Below the pieces are notes generated by a model. That model did no database searches, was not told the origin of the DNA, and saw only the letters and a list, made by a program, of their open reading frames with translations. 64,000 bases of DNA from Hypanus sabinus (taxonomy: Eukaryota): the NCBI RefSeq assembly GCF_030144855.1, contig NC_082731.1, positions 27,590,001 to 27,654,000 on the forward strand, in the 5' to 3' direction. The translations under genes were made by a program, and so were the position numbers. This document shows positions 1-12,400 of this stretch, one piece after another; position 1 is the first letter of the stretch, and each line of letters starts with the position of its first letter.

Positions 1-2300
1 ACTCACTTCATCCTCTGATACTCTTGAACTTCCATCATATGTCAGTGTTTTCCCTGGTGAAGAAAGATACAAATACTCATTTAGTTCATCAGCCATTTCT
101 TTATCCCCCATCACTATCTCTCCAGCATCAATTTTCAGCAGTACTATATCTAACCTGCCTCTCTCTTTTATTCTTTATTTATCTGAAAATGTTTCTGTAT
201 CCCACTTGATATTAAACCAGTTTTTTTAGTTGCTTACTGTTGGTTTTTAAAAGCTTCCCGATCCTCTAATTTCACACTCATTTTTTGCTCTATTATATGC
301 CCTGTCTTTTGCTTTCATGTTGTTTTGGACTTCCCTTATCAGCCATGGATACATCATTCTGCCTTTAGAATACATACTTTTCTTTGGGATGTACCTGCAC
401 CGTCCAAATTTCTCCCACAAACTCCAGTCATTGCTGTCCCATCATTATCCTTGTTAGTATCCCCTTCTAATCAACATTAGCCAGCTCCTCTTTCATGCCT
501 CTGTAAATCCCCTTACTCCAGTGTAAAACTCGTACATCTGACTTCAGCTTTTCCCTCTCAAATTGCAGGGTGAAGCCTGTCATATTATGATCACTGGCTC
601 CTTAGGTTTCCTTTACCTTAAGCTCCCTAATCATATCTGATTCCTTGCACAACATGCAATCCAGAATAGCCTTTCCCCAAGTGGGGTCAATCACAATCTG
701 CTCAAAAAAGCCACCTTGTATGGATTCTACAAATTTTCTCTCTTGGAATCCAGCACCAATTTGATTTTTCCAATCTTCCTGCATATTGAAATCCCTCATG
801 GCCATCATAACATTGCCCTTTGGATACACGTTTTCTACCTCCAGCTGTAATTTATAGCCCACATCTTGGCTACTGTTCACAGTCTTCTATATAACTCCCA
901 TCAGGGTTATTTTACCTTTGCAGTTTCTTAAATCCACTCACAAGGATTCTATATCATCCAATCCTATGTCACCTATTTCCAAAGATCTGATTTATTTTCT
1001 TACCAACAGAGCCACCCCACTCCCTCTGCCTACCTACCTGTCCTTTCAAAACTATGTGTATCCTTGGATGTTAAACTCCCAATCATTATCATCTTCCAGC
1101 CATGAAACAGCGATGCCCAGAACATCACACCTACTAATCTCTACCTGTGCTTCAAGATCATCTACCTTATTCCATATTCTGTATTCAAATAAAACACCTG
1201 CAGTCCAGAATTCATCACTTTTTTAAAAATTTTGACCCCGTTACATCGACTTCAATTTTGCCTTTCATCATCTCCCTGTCCTTCCTCAGTCTCATTACAC
1301 ACTGCATCAATTTATATGACAAGTGCCCATCCTCAGCCCTATCACTCGGCTTCCCACTCCCCTGCTAAATTAGTTGAAAACCTGTCCTAAAGCTCTAGTA
1401 AACCTGCCAGCAAGGATATTGGTCCCCTTCGGGTTCAAGTGTAAGCTGTCCTTCATGTACAAATCACTCCTTCCCCAGAAGAGATCCCAATGATCCAGAA
1501 ATCTGAAACCCTGCCCCCTGTACCAATTCCACAGCTGTGCATTCATCTGCCATATCATTTTCTTACCCTCACTGGTGCATGGCATAGGCAGCAGTCCAGA
1601 GATTACCACCCTGGAGGTCCTGCTTTTCAGCTTCCTGTATTCTCCCTTCCAGACCTTCTTCCTTTGGTACCTGTCGTTGGTACCAATATGTATCACATCT
1701 TCCAGCTGTTCACCCTTCTCCCGTAGAATGCTGTGGACCTGATCTGAGACATCCCAACTCTGGCAGCTGAGAGACAACATACCATCTTCATGTCTGCAGA
1801 ATTTGCTGTCTGGTCTCCTAATTATGGAATCCTCAATTACTACTGCACTCCTCTTTCCCCCAAACCCACTCTTTCCTGAGCCACTGAAACACTTTTAGTG
1901 GCAGAAATCAGGTCCCCGTGGCTGCCCCCAATAGGTTGTTTCTCCAAAAGTATCCAAAACATTTTAATTATTTTTGAAGGGGACAGCCACAGGGGTACTC
2001 TGCACTGGCTGCCTCTTTCCTTTCCCTCTACTGACAGTCATCAGGTACCTACCTCCCATAACTTAGGGGTGACTAAAACTTACCTGAAACTTCCTTAAAG
2101 CATCCACCTGTGCTTGCCCACATCTGATTACAGGGAATCCTTTTGAGCTAAACCTGACCACTCTCACGCTGTCCACTCACTCACTCAATGGCTGCCCCAC
2201 TTACAGCTCTCTTCTCTTTATTGGCCCCTGACGAGTGCTATCGAAGCAGACTGAATCGCTATGATTGCAGCCCACTGAAAAGTCCTGAACACACCTGAAC
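1..2300 (-). mobile_element. CR1-clade LINE, 5' half (decayed ORF1 with SGNH esterase and ORF2 endonuclease)
   Basis: Minus ORF 1370-1780 carries VIHIGTND...SRVVISGLLP...HWDLFWGRSDLY.KDSLHLN, the esterase-type ORF1. ORF 602-880 carries APE endonuclease motifs (DFNMQEDW, FFEQIVIDPTWGKAILD). Many stops and frameshifts. Confidence 0.85.
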
Positions 2301-2389
2301 TCTTTTTAAACCGTGTGCTGCAACACCAATGGATGACCTCTCCCTCACGAATTGCAGCCTGACAAAAATAAGTGGTAAAGTGAAGAGCA

Positions 2390-3190
2390 AAGAAGGTTAT
2401 CAAAGCTACAGTGGCTCCTCGTTCAGCTTGGTAAGAGGGCTGAATTGTGGCAGATGGAGTTCCATTCAGGGAAGTGCAAGGTGTAATACTTTGGAAAGTT
2501 AAACCAAGATAGGAATTACACAGTGAATGAAAGGTCCCTGCAGAGTGCCGTGGAACAGAGGGACTTTGGAGTTCAGGTACATGGTTCACTGACAGTGGAG
2601 TCACAGGTAGACAGGGTGGTGAAGGAGTCCTTTATAATGCCAGTTTTCATCAGTCAGAACATTGTGTATCAAAGTTTGTAGCACATATTGTGATTGTAGA
2701 AGGTGCTGGTGAGGTTGTATTTGGAGTATTGTGCTTAGTTTTTATTCATTCTCCTGGTGAAATGATGTTATTAATCAGCAAAGAGTAAGGAAATGATTTA
2801 CAAGGATGTTGCCATGTCTAAGTTGAAGGGAGACAATGTCTAAGCTAGGACTTATTTGGACTGAAAATACAAATTACAGAAAAAATGATTTGTATCTTAC
2901 AGTCACAGACACTGTGGAGAGTCAACGATACAGTGAGATGGGATTTTTTTTACTGTGCTTGTTTATTAAATCTAACAATCTCTAACTTCCTCAGCTCTGG
3001 TGAAAGAAAACCCTTGATTTGTAGGAGATTGAGTGGAGATGTTGCAGAGATGCATAAAATTAAGAGGGCAATGGATAGGAAAAGTTCCCACAAAATGCTG
3101 TCAAGGTGACGAGCTTGAATGGATATCTTGGTCGGCATTGACGAGTTGGGCTGAAGGGACAGTTTCCACGCTCTTTGACTCTCTGACTCT
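2390..3190 (+). mobile_element. CR1 LINE 3' fragment (RT C-terminus and tail)
   Basis: Decayed WQMEF..GKC...EQRDFGVQVHGSLTVESQVDRVVK coding region, followed by a CR1-type 3' tail. Confidence 0.75.
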
Positions 3191-3239
3191 ACAAATGCAA
3201 GTGCAATCTAAAGTAGTCAATTAACCTACAACAAGCATG

Positions 3240-3760
3240 CATTTAGGATATAGAAGGATGTCATATTGCAATGTGATGTTTTCATCTGAAGAACTCCTGC
3301 AGACTCAGGTACTCCTGATGCTTTGGAATCTTCCTGTGCACTGTTTCACCCACATTCTCCACTCTCTCTGTCTGACTGATAAACTGACACCTAGACTGAG
3401 GCCCCCAGTTTATCACTGGTGGATAACAAATGCCTCTGGTCAAATTGACTTCAATTTAGACACAAGAGTCTGCAGATCCTGTGAAGTGGAGCTGCACACA
3501 ATCTAAGGATGATTTAAATATCTCTGGGATTTGACAGTTTCAACAGGGTTACAAAAGGACAGAATGAAATTACTGAAGTAAAGAAAACCTGCTCATGTTG
3601 CAAATCAAGAGAAAAATTCTTGCCAGCACTGGACAGACAATATATGTTGTACATCAGTCGTGAAGGGAATGAATTGGAGTGTCAGTGAGTAGACCATATA
3701 AATCTCCAAACGTGCCCACTCATGGATGTCAATGATCAAACCAACAAAACTTTAAAATAG
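3240..3760 (-). repeat. Local exon-like repeat unit, copy 1
   Basis: Aligns by eye with 4330-4800, 14790-15620 and, inverted, 21330-24834. Minus strand reads ...LSVRQREWRMWVKQCTG...RSSS and ends TCAG|ATGAAA, a mutated donor at 3286. Confidence 0.7.
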
Positions 3761-3889
3761 CACAGAGTCCAATGAACAAGTGCTCAGATCATTGCTCTAT
3801 TGAAGAAGCCCAAACAATGCAAATTATTGCAGAGAAATTATGCATTTACAGAAAAAGACAGAGTGAGAGAAAGCAGGGAATGTACAAAA

Positions 3890-4310
3890 TAGTAAACACA
3901 AAGTACACTGCAGATGTTGTGGTCAGATCAACACGCACAAACATGCTGGATGAACTCAGCAGGTCGGGGAGCATCCACTGAAATGAGCAGTCAATGTTTT
4001 GGGCCGAGACCCTTCGTCAGGACTGAAGAAGTAGAGAGCAGGGTGGAAAACCAATCAGAGGTAAGATCAAGGTGTGGGGGTAGGGAAGCAGCGTGGGGAT
4101 AGGCAGGAGAGGTGAAGAAGGATTCTAAGGGGAAAGCAATATGGGTAGTAGAAGAAGGCAGAATCATGAGAGAGGTGATAGGCAACTGGAAGAGGAGGCA
4201 GAGTGAAAGTGGGATGGGGGAATTACCGGAAGTTGGAGAATTCGATGTTTATACCAAGGGGCTGGAGACTACCCAAACGGTATATGAATGTACAAAATGT
4301 ACCATCAGTG
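3890..4310 (-). mobile_element. Penelope-like element 3' end / pseudo-LTR fragment
   Basis: Minus strand has the GIY-YIG C-terminal coding end (ggtataaacatcgaattctccaacttccggtaa), then a terminus with a hammerhead-like core CTGACGA-agggtctcggccc-AAAAC. Confidence 0.75.
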
Positions 4311-4329
4311 AGATCCTAACTGATGAATG

Positions 4330-4800
4330 GAAACCCTGCCATTTCCATGTCTGTCACTATCAATGTGACATATTCATCTGAAGAGCTCCTGTATTCCCAG
4401 GACCTCCTGGTACAGTGGTATCCTTCTGTGCACTGTTTAACCCACACCGTCCGGCAGTGTTTCCATGCCTGGCTGTCGCACTGACGCCCAGAGACTGTCG
4501 GTTACTATTACAGCAGTCAGTTTAACTGGAGTCTCAATATCTGGAGTTGTTCCTCTGACATTTAGTGGTTGCAATTATTATTGCAGGGTAATAATTTGAA
4601 GGAATCAAATCAGCTTCAGATAAAATTGGCATCTGAACTCCAACAGAAGAATGAAATCATGACCGACGGACAAATAACTACACATGTTGCAAATAAGAGA
4701 TTAAAACTACTGAAATTGCAGGACAGTCAGTCTATGTGGAGATTGATACAAACTAGTATCACAATCACTTCTCCAGACCTGAGAAAATCAGACTCTTGAT
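4330..4800 (-). repeat. Local exon-like repeat unit, copy 2
   Basis: Paralogous to copy 1. Minus frame WVKQCTEGYHCTRRSWEYRSSS ends TCAG|ATGAAT at 4378. Confidence 0.7.
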
Positions 4801-4974
4801 GATTGAAAACCAAGTAGAGCTGCAGAAAATAAAAATTTCAACTCACTTTGTCCTCCACTCACTCTCCGTGGTGACCATGGGACCTTGAGAATAAATTCAC
4901 ACAGTCGCTGTTACTCCTTCTTCCTTAAAATTTGCTTGGCAGAAATAAATTCACTCGTTGATGTTGGGGAGTTT

Positions 4975-5400
4975 TGAATGAAAGATGTGTACGAGAGGAG
5001 AGAGAAATGGGGACAGTGGGGGAGAAGTTTACCTCAAGTTGCAGAATTCAATATTCATGCCACTGGATTGTAGATAACCAGACTGGAATATGAGGTTCTG
5101 CCCCTTCCGCTTGTGTTTGGCCTCACCATGACAGTGAATGATGTGAAAGCCAGACAGGCTGATGTGGCAACTGGGAAGGGGATTAAAATGGCTTCCAAGT
5201 GGGAGCTATTGATGGCCATGGTGCCTAGAGTGCAGATCTCCCTTAAAGCAATTCCTTCGTCAGCACTTAGGTCACCTTGAGAGCAGTGAATGCAATAGTC
5301 AACAATGGATGAGATGCACAAAAATCTGAGCCTCACTGGAAAGACTGTTTAGGAGATTGGATGGTAGTGAGGAGACAAGGGGACGGGTATTACACCATTG
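4975..5400 (-). mobile_element. Penelope-like element GIY-YIG fragment
   Basis: Decayed IHCSQ.D...DEG GIY-YIG-like region. Nucleotide similarity to the clearer copy at 46000-46830. Confidence 0.65.
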
Positions 5401-5439
5401 CTGACTGCAGAGGACAATCTGGCCTATTTCCCAATTTTT

Positions 5440-8400
5440 TTAAAAAATATATTTTTATTGAAGGAATGACACAATACAGAATACATAACAGATTACATTT
5501 TCCTCCATTTTGCTTTTATATCTTACCCCTAAACAAACCTCCCCTCACCTTCCCTCCCCGAATGTACCATGATAGCTAATGTATTTACAATAGTTCACAA
5601 ATACAAGCACAGACATTTCACAGCCATATCCCCACACTACTTCAAGACAAAGGCCCACACGCATCCACAACATGTCAGATGATCCAGAATACACTCATAT
5701 TACAATTCACCAACCACCATGTGAGGTAAACCAGATGTGTGTTAAAAAGGGGGGGGGGGCAACTGCCCAAGTACAATCAAATGCCCTCAACTAGTAGGTA
5801 ATTCCTTAAGACTCCTAAAATATGACAAGAAAGGTTCCCATTTCGAATAGAACTTTTTCACAGACCCCCTCAAAGTGAATTTAATCTTCTCTAATTTCAG
5901 AAAAAACATTACATCTTCTAACCAAGCACCAGCAGATGGGAGATTTCCAGACCAACAAGATTCTCATACCAGCCAAAAGCGATGTAAGTGCAACGATATC
6001 TGACTGGTTTGCATTTAAACACAAAGCATCATCCACCACACCAAATACAGTTATAAGTGGGCAAGGCTTCAGTGTCACCCCCAAAACCTTACTAATAATT
6101 TCAAAAACCAGTGCCCAATAGCCATCAATCCGAGGGCAAGACCAAAATGTATACACTGTACCAGCCGGAGAGAAGGAACACCTGTCACAGCCAGCATCTG
6201 TCCCGGGATATATGTCAGCAAGCCTGGCTTTACTTAAATGTATCCTGTGTAAAATTTAAGTTGTATGAGTCCCGGTCTAGCACATAATGATGAGGAATGA
6301 ACCCTATTCAGTGCTTTTTGCTCAATATTCCTCAACCAGATCCATAACAAGGTCATCCTCCCACCTAGTCTTAGTTTTGTTTAGATTTTGAACTCCCAAA
6401 GACATCAGCTGAGAGTATAGTACAGAAATCGGCCCTTTATTATTAAAGCTAAGAGTGAGTTTTTCCCACAACATAGCAGGTGGTAGATCAGGAAAAGAGG
6501 GAAATTTTTCCTTGACAAAGTGGGGAATTTGCAGGTATTTTAAGAAATGATTATGCGGAAGGCCATATTTACTGCACAGGTTATCAAAACCAAATATATT
6601 ATCAGTGTACAAATCCTTCATGTGCATAAGACCATTCAAACCCCAATGTTTAAAAACTGAATCGAGTGTGGAGGGAAGAAATAGATGGTTTCTATGAATG
6701 GGACCCAAAACTGAAGCTGATGTGAACTTATAGTGGCAGCGAAATTGATTAAAAATTTTGAGGGTGGAGAACACGACCGGGTTAGATGTGAATTGAGAGG
6801 ATTTCAATGGCAAGGAAGAATACACTAAAGCTGGGAGAGACGAGGAGAGGCAAGACCGTGTCTGAAGCAGGCACCAGCTTATATCTGGCCAGTGATGCCA
6901 AAATAATACCTTTTGAATGTTTGATGCCCAGTAATAATGAGTAAAGCTGGGAAGGCCCATTCTACCTATGTCACGACTTCTTTGGATAGTGCGCTTATTA
7001 ACCCTTGGGACCTTATTTTCCCAAATAAAGGAGGTTATAGCTTGGTCGACTGATTTGAAGATTAACTTAGATAAGAAAACTGGCAAGTACTGGGACAAAT
7101 AAAGAAATCTGGGAAGTATAGTCATTTTGACTGATTGAATTCTCCCAGCTATAGTAAGGGGTAAGCTGCGCCATTTCTCAAAATCAGCCTTTATTTGGCT
7201 AACCTGAGGCCTGTAGTTAGCTTCAAACAGAGATGTAAAAGAGCGAGTAATGTGTATTCCTAGGTATACAAAACCATCCTGAGATAAAGGAAAAGGCAAA
7301 GATTCCTGTTGGATCTGTAGGGTCAAGTTATTAATGGGAAAGCATTTGCTTTTTTGAAGGTTCAGTTTATTGCCAGAGAAAGCTCCATATTGGCCTAATA
7401 ATGACACAATAGCAGGACTGCTACCTACAGGGTCGCTAACATAAAGTAAGAGGTGATCAGCATATAGGGTTACACAGTGTTCCATGTCCCCTCTCCTAAC
7501 ACCTTGAAATAATGTAGTTGTCTTAAGTGCAATAGAAAGAGGCTCAATTGCAATTGGAAACAGAAGAGGGACAATGAGCAGCCTTGGCGAGTGCCACGTG
7601 TTAATAGGAAATAATCAGATCGAAAATAATTCATCTGTATACACGCTAAAGGCAAGTGATATAATAGCTTAACCCGGGCTACAAATATTCTGCCAAATCC
7701 TAATTTCTCCAAAACACTAAACGCGTTTACCCACTCCACTCTAGCAAATGCCTTCTCCACGTCCAAGGAGATAACAACCTCCAGACTCGGAGAATCAGTG
7801 GGTGAATAAACCACATCAGCCAGTCGATGGATATTAAATAAAAGAATGGCGATTTTTAATAAAACTGTTTGATCATCTGGAATTATCTTGGGAAGGGGGC
7901 GTTCTAAACAGCATGCAAGCACTTTAGCCAAAATTTTCACATCCACATTCAAAAGTGAGATGGGGCAATATGATCCACATTGAGTTGGGTCCTTGTCCTT
8001 TTTAAGAAGTAGATGCCTGTGAAAGAGTAGGAGGTAAGGAACTGTTCTCCAAAGATTTCTGAAACACTTCTAAAAGAACCGGTATGAGTTTATCCTTAAA
8101 TTTCTTATAAAATTCTATTGGATAACCATCAAGACCTGGGGACTTAACAATCTGCATAGCCATAATGGTATTATTAATCTCTTCCTGGCCAAGAGCCTGA
8201 TCTAAATTCTCCACCTCCTCTGGTTCAAGAGTTGGTATTTCCAAATTATTTAAAAAACATTCAATATTTGTTATATCTGAGGGAAACTCTGAGGTATACA
8301 GAGAAGAATAAAAAGTTGCAAAGATGTTATTAATCTCTTTTGGATCGCTTGTCAAGTTTTGGTGTGTGTCTTTTATCTGGGGAATAAGTCGTGATGCAAC

Positions 8401-11024
8401 TTGACACTTCAACTGATGAGCCATAAGCTGGCTCGCCTTGTCACCATATTCATAATAGAGGCCATGTGTCTCAAGAATTAATTATTCTGATAGGTTTGTA
8501 GATAGAAAATTAAACTTCGCTTGCAAATCAGCCCAGCTTTTATATAATTCCACAGTGGGTGCCTAAGAATATTGCCTATGCAGGTCCCAAATAGATTGCA
8601 ATAAAACTTGCATTTCCTTCTTATGCTTTTTATTGGCATGTGAAGTATAAGATATTATTTGACCCCTCAAGTAAGCTTTTAAAGTTTCCCAAGGTAAAGA
8701 GTACAATATTGACTCAGTTTTGTTACAAAACTGTCTACAAAATTTCTCATTGGAAAGCAAAAGTGGATTAAGTCTCCACAGAAGCTGCTCTCTAACGTTT
8801 AAAGAAAAACACAGGTCCAGTTTCACGGGTGAGTGATCAGATATAACTATAGCAGTGTACTCAATTTGTCTGATCATTGATATCAAGGAGCTATCTATGA
8901 AGAAACAGTCTAGCCTGCAATAGGAGTGGTGAACATGAGAAAAGAAAGAGAATTGCCTAATTCATGGATTCAAATATCTGCAAGGATCTATATAACCATA
9001 TTGTTGCATAAACATCAAGAAGGCCTTTGCCATACCAGAAGATGTTCCCCTAGAGCTAGACCTATCAAGCATTGGGTCAATAGCACAGTTCAGATCTCCT
9101 GAAAAGATTAGCTGGTGTGTATTCAGGTTAGGTATTCATGACAAACCCTTATTTGCAAAGTGGACATTATCCCAATTAGGGGCATAAACATTTACCAAAA
9201 TGACAGGTAACAAAGAGAGATCCAGAAACAATAATAAAGTGACTGGTTATATCAGATGGTGTAAACTGCATTATTTTGGTGATTCATATCACCACCCCCC
9301 TGGACCTACTGTTAAATCTGGAATGAAAAACCTGACTAATCCATGCTTTACAGAGTCTGTTATGGTCTTCCACTCTTAAATGTGTCTCTTGTAGAAATAG
9401 TATATCTGTTTTTAATTGTTTCATATGAGAGAAAATTTTAGCTCTTTTAACAGGACCATTGAACCCCCATACATTCCAAGAAATAAACCACACAGATTGT
9501 CCTCCATCAGCAGCACTCATGTTGACCATATCAAAAGACACACAGGGCCAACAATCCAAGACAGTGCGAGGGCACAAGCTGCACACAATAATGCACAATG
9601 AAAAGAAAATCTGGCCAATCCGTACCACACCAAAAAAATAAACTGCCATGGTATTCCCTCAAAACACTCCCCCATCCTTTTACACAAACAGGAAAAAAAC
9701 AATTAACCCCTGAAACCTAGATCTACCTCCCCAACTGAGGATGATCGCAGGCATTACCAAACAAAAAACTTCCAAAGCGTCACCCATACAATCAAACCTT
9801 CAATCTAATCTAGGGTGGCTTCCTTCCTTAAAATGTATAAATTTATACCAACACTTATTCTACCTTTTTATATATACACAGCAGTTCGACCCCATCGCGT
9901 TCCACAAATTAAACTGGAAAAAGCGAACAAAGAAGTGAACTGCGAAAATTAATAGTTTGCCTCGGCAGGAGTTCTCTTCAATGCTGCATGACTAACCTAA
10001 AAATAAGGCGTTGCTCTTCTCGTTCTTCTTCTCCCCAGCTCGAATGGTAAAACTCTTTGGCCGCCTCTGGTGTATCGAAATAATGCTTTCTACCTTCAGG
10101 GATGACCCGGAGCCGGGCAGGATGCAAGAGGCCGAACCTGACCCCTTTCCCATAAAGCAGGGATTTCTCCTCATTGAACGCTGCTCATTTTTGCCCCAGC
10201 TCTGCACTAAAATCTTCATGAAAAGACACGCGATATCCACGGAAATACAGCTCCTGCTTCCGTCTAAAGACAATGCGTTGCTTATCTTGAAAGAAGTGAA
10301 AGAGAACCAGAACGTTCTCCGTCTCGTTTGCTTGGCTTCAGAGACACCGGATAGTTTAGGCCCGACTCGGTGAGCGCGAAATTACGAGAGGCCTTGGGAA
10401 TAAATTTGTTCCCAGCACTTCATCAATAATTCATAAATTTAACAGGGTCCGAACCTTCCACATTTTCAGTAAGTCCGACCACTCTCAAATTGGATCTACG
10501 CGACCGATTTTCGAGGCCATCTAGTTTCCCCTCAGAAATGCGTTTTCGCTCTGCAGTGGCGGCTTCGGGCGCTCGCCAGTCGGTCACTATAATCGTTCAG
10601 GCCATCTTCAACCTCACGAATGCGTTCATCGTGTGACTCGTAATAAGACATAATTTGTTCCACAGTAGCATTCACTGGTGACAAAGCATCTTCAAGTTCT
10701 CTTTTTAAGGCAGAATGCACTGCTTGCTTCATGTCAGTACTAAGCGAAACCTCTCCAATTCATCGCGTAGCGCAGGTCCAGGTCCAGCAGCGTGCAACGG
10801 CGCCATTGCCGTAACTTCAGCTTTCTTACTCGAGGCTTCGCTATCTTTTTCCGCACTTTTACTTCGAAGGTGCATTTTATTTGCCACGTCAGTGTCCAGC
10901 AACATCCCAGGTTGTTCACAATGTTAAATATTCAGTTATCTCGAGTATATGGTAAATATAAACAGGTAGATTTTCAATAAAAATCGGGAGCCACACTTAC
11001 TTTATGCTCAGCCCGGAAGTCCTC
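5440..11024 (-). mobile_element. Full-length L1-clade LINE (~5.6 kb) with 17-bp target-site duplication
   Basis: TSD cctatttcccaattttt (5423-5439) / cctattttccaattttt (11025-11041). A-rich tail at the left end. ORF1 remnants at ~9990-10930 (LENRSRRSNLRVVGL-type). ORF2 endonuclease ISWNVWGFNGPVKR..LFLQETHL, and RT motifs SPGLDGYPIEFYK, SLDVEKAF, RGTRQGC, LYADHLLLY. Confidence 0.92.
5881..9520 (-). pseudogene. L1 ORF2 (endonuclease / reverse transcriptase), frameshifted
   Basis: ORF-track pieces 9284-9649, 8563-8886, 8002-8424, 7470-7952, 6322-7485 and 5881-6156 are collinear ORF2 segments in different frames. Confidence 0.9.
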
Positions 11025-11089
11025 CCTATTTTCCAATTTTTGTGCTAACCAGCATCATGTGTAATCCAGTGATCATTCCCCTTGAGGAT

Positions 11090-11400
11090 CTGTGTTTTAA
11101 TTTCATAACCGACTCCTTGTTCGCATTTTGCAAGACCTCAGCCATTGTCCCATCAATGTTGTTTATCCCAATGTACACCTGTTAGTAAGGGGAATGGTCA
11201 CAGGGGACCCCTGTACTTACTGTCTTCTCCCCTTACTTCACCATCTATGTGAAGTGTGTACTTGAGGTCTGACCACCTCTGTAAATGTCTCATCTCTGTA
11301 GCACCCTGTTTCCCAGATGATACTCAGTACCTGCAGATCCAGCCTCTAACAACAAAATAAAGATCTATTTATTGTCTAAACACTCAGCATAAAATCTGAG
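11090..11400 (-). mobile_element. CR1 ORF1 fragment
   Basis: Nucleotide similarity to the other CR1 ORF1 regions in the window, e.g. 31650-32150. Confidence 0.5.
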
Positions 11401-11421
11401 TTCCGTCACCAGCCTAACTGT

Positions 11422-12148
11422 GTATTCAGACTCCATCTGTCATACAATGACCTCTCCCATCTCCACCCACCAAGTGTCCATACATCAAACCATCAGAACC
11501 TCTTCCAACACCACACCACTGTCCTGCCTGCACGGTCTGGTCCTAGACACGAGGAAATGAATGTTTCCCGAACTTGCCTCTCTCCCTACCCTGCAATGCG
11601 TTGCCCCGTTAGTCTTTGCGTACCCCTCCGGCAAAGCCCGCTCGAGGGGCTTCTTCAGTCACCAACGATGAGCGACCGGACACGACAACTCAGCGCTGGC
11701 GTCTCCTCTCTCCCGCCGCTGCGGTTGTGCCGTTGGAGGGATTCGCGCTCTCGGCTCCTCTTCACGTCTTTCCCCCTCAGCCAATCGGACCCTCGCTTTC
11801 TCCCGCGCTTTGACCATTTGCCGCGAGCTCACTTCCTCCCAGCTCGCGCGGACACCGGGAGTTTGAATCTTCAATCGGCGGTTAAAGAAGCGGTAACCGG
11901 AACAGGTCAGACGTCACCTCCAGGCCGATCCTCCAATCAGAGCTTGCCGCTACCCGCGCTCCCAACCCGACTCTATTCTCGAATCTTCCTTTTTTTCCCG
12001 GCAACCATGTCACCCCGCCCTCTGGTGAGAATCTCGACAACCCACGCTCGAGCTCTCGTCCAATAGACACCCCACGTGATGACCGATCATCCAATCACTG
12101 CTTAAGGATCGTATTCCGACTCCATCTGTCATACAATGACCTCTCCCA
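11422..12148 (+). repeat. 38-bp direct repeat (11422-11459 and 12111-12148) bracketing the CpG-island core
   Basis: gtattc[a/c]gactccatctgtcatacaatgacctctccca, 1 mismatch. Confidence 0.95.
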
Positions 12149-12400
12149 GCTTCGGTCGTTGGGTTTCGAACACTCAGTCACGTTCCCGGCCGTTGAAAAG
12201 ACCCATCGGAACTGCAGAGGAGATGTTCATTAAGTCACAAAGAAGTCGTGAAGTGAAGTTCAGTAGACGGAACGTGAGAATCGGTAAGTCTGGTTGTCCC
12301 AATGTTGTTTCAGTCTCCAATGAAGAAGGTTGGACGTTGATGTTGCCAGCCCGTGCGGGGTTCAGGCGAAAGTCAGCTGAAGGAACATGTACGCATTCTG
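11560..12400. promoter_or_regulatory. CpG-island promoter-like region, possibly bidirectional
   Basis: Local CpG enrichment in a CpG-poor background. CCAAT boxes at 11781, 11933, 12060 and 12091; CRE-like gacgtca at 11910-11916; CACGTG at 12073-12078; CCGGAA ETS site. Plus-strand donor G|GTAAGT at 12283/12284; minus-strand donor G|GTAGGG at 11590/11589. Confidence 0.7.
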
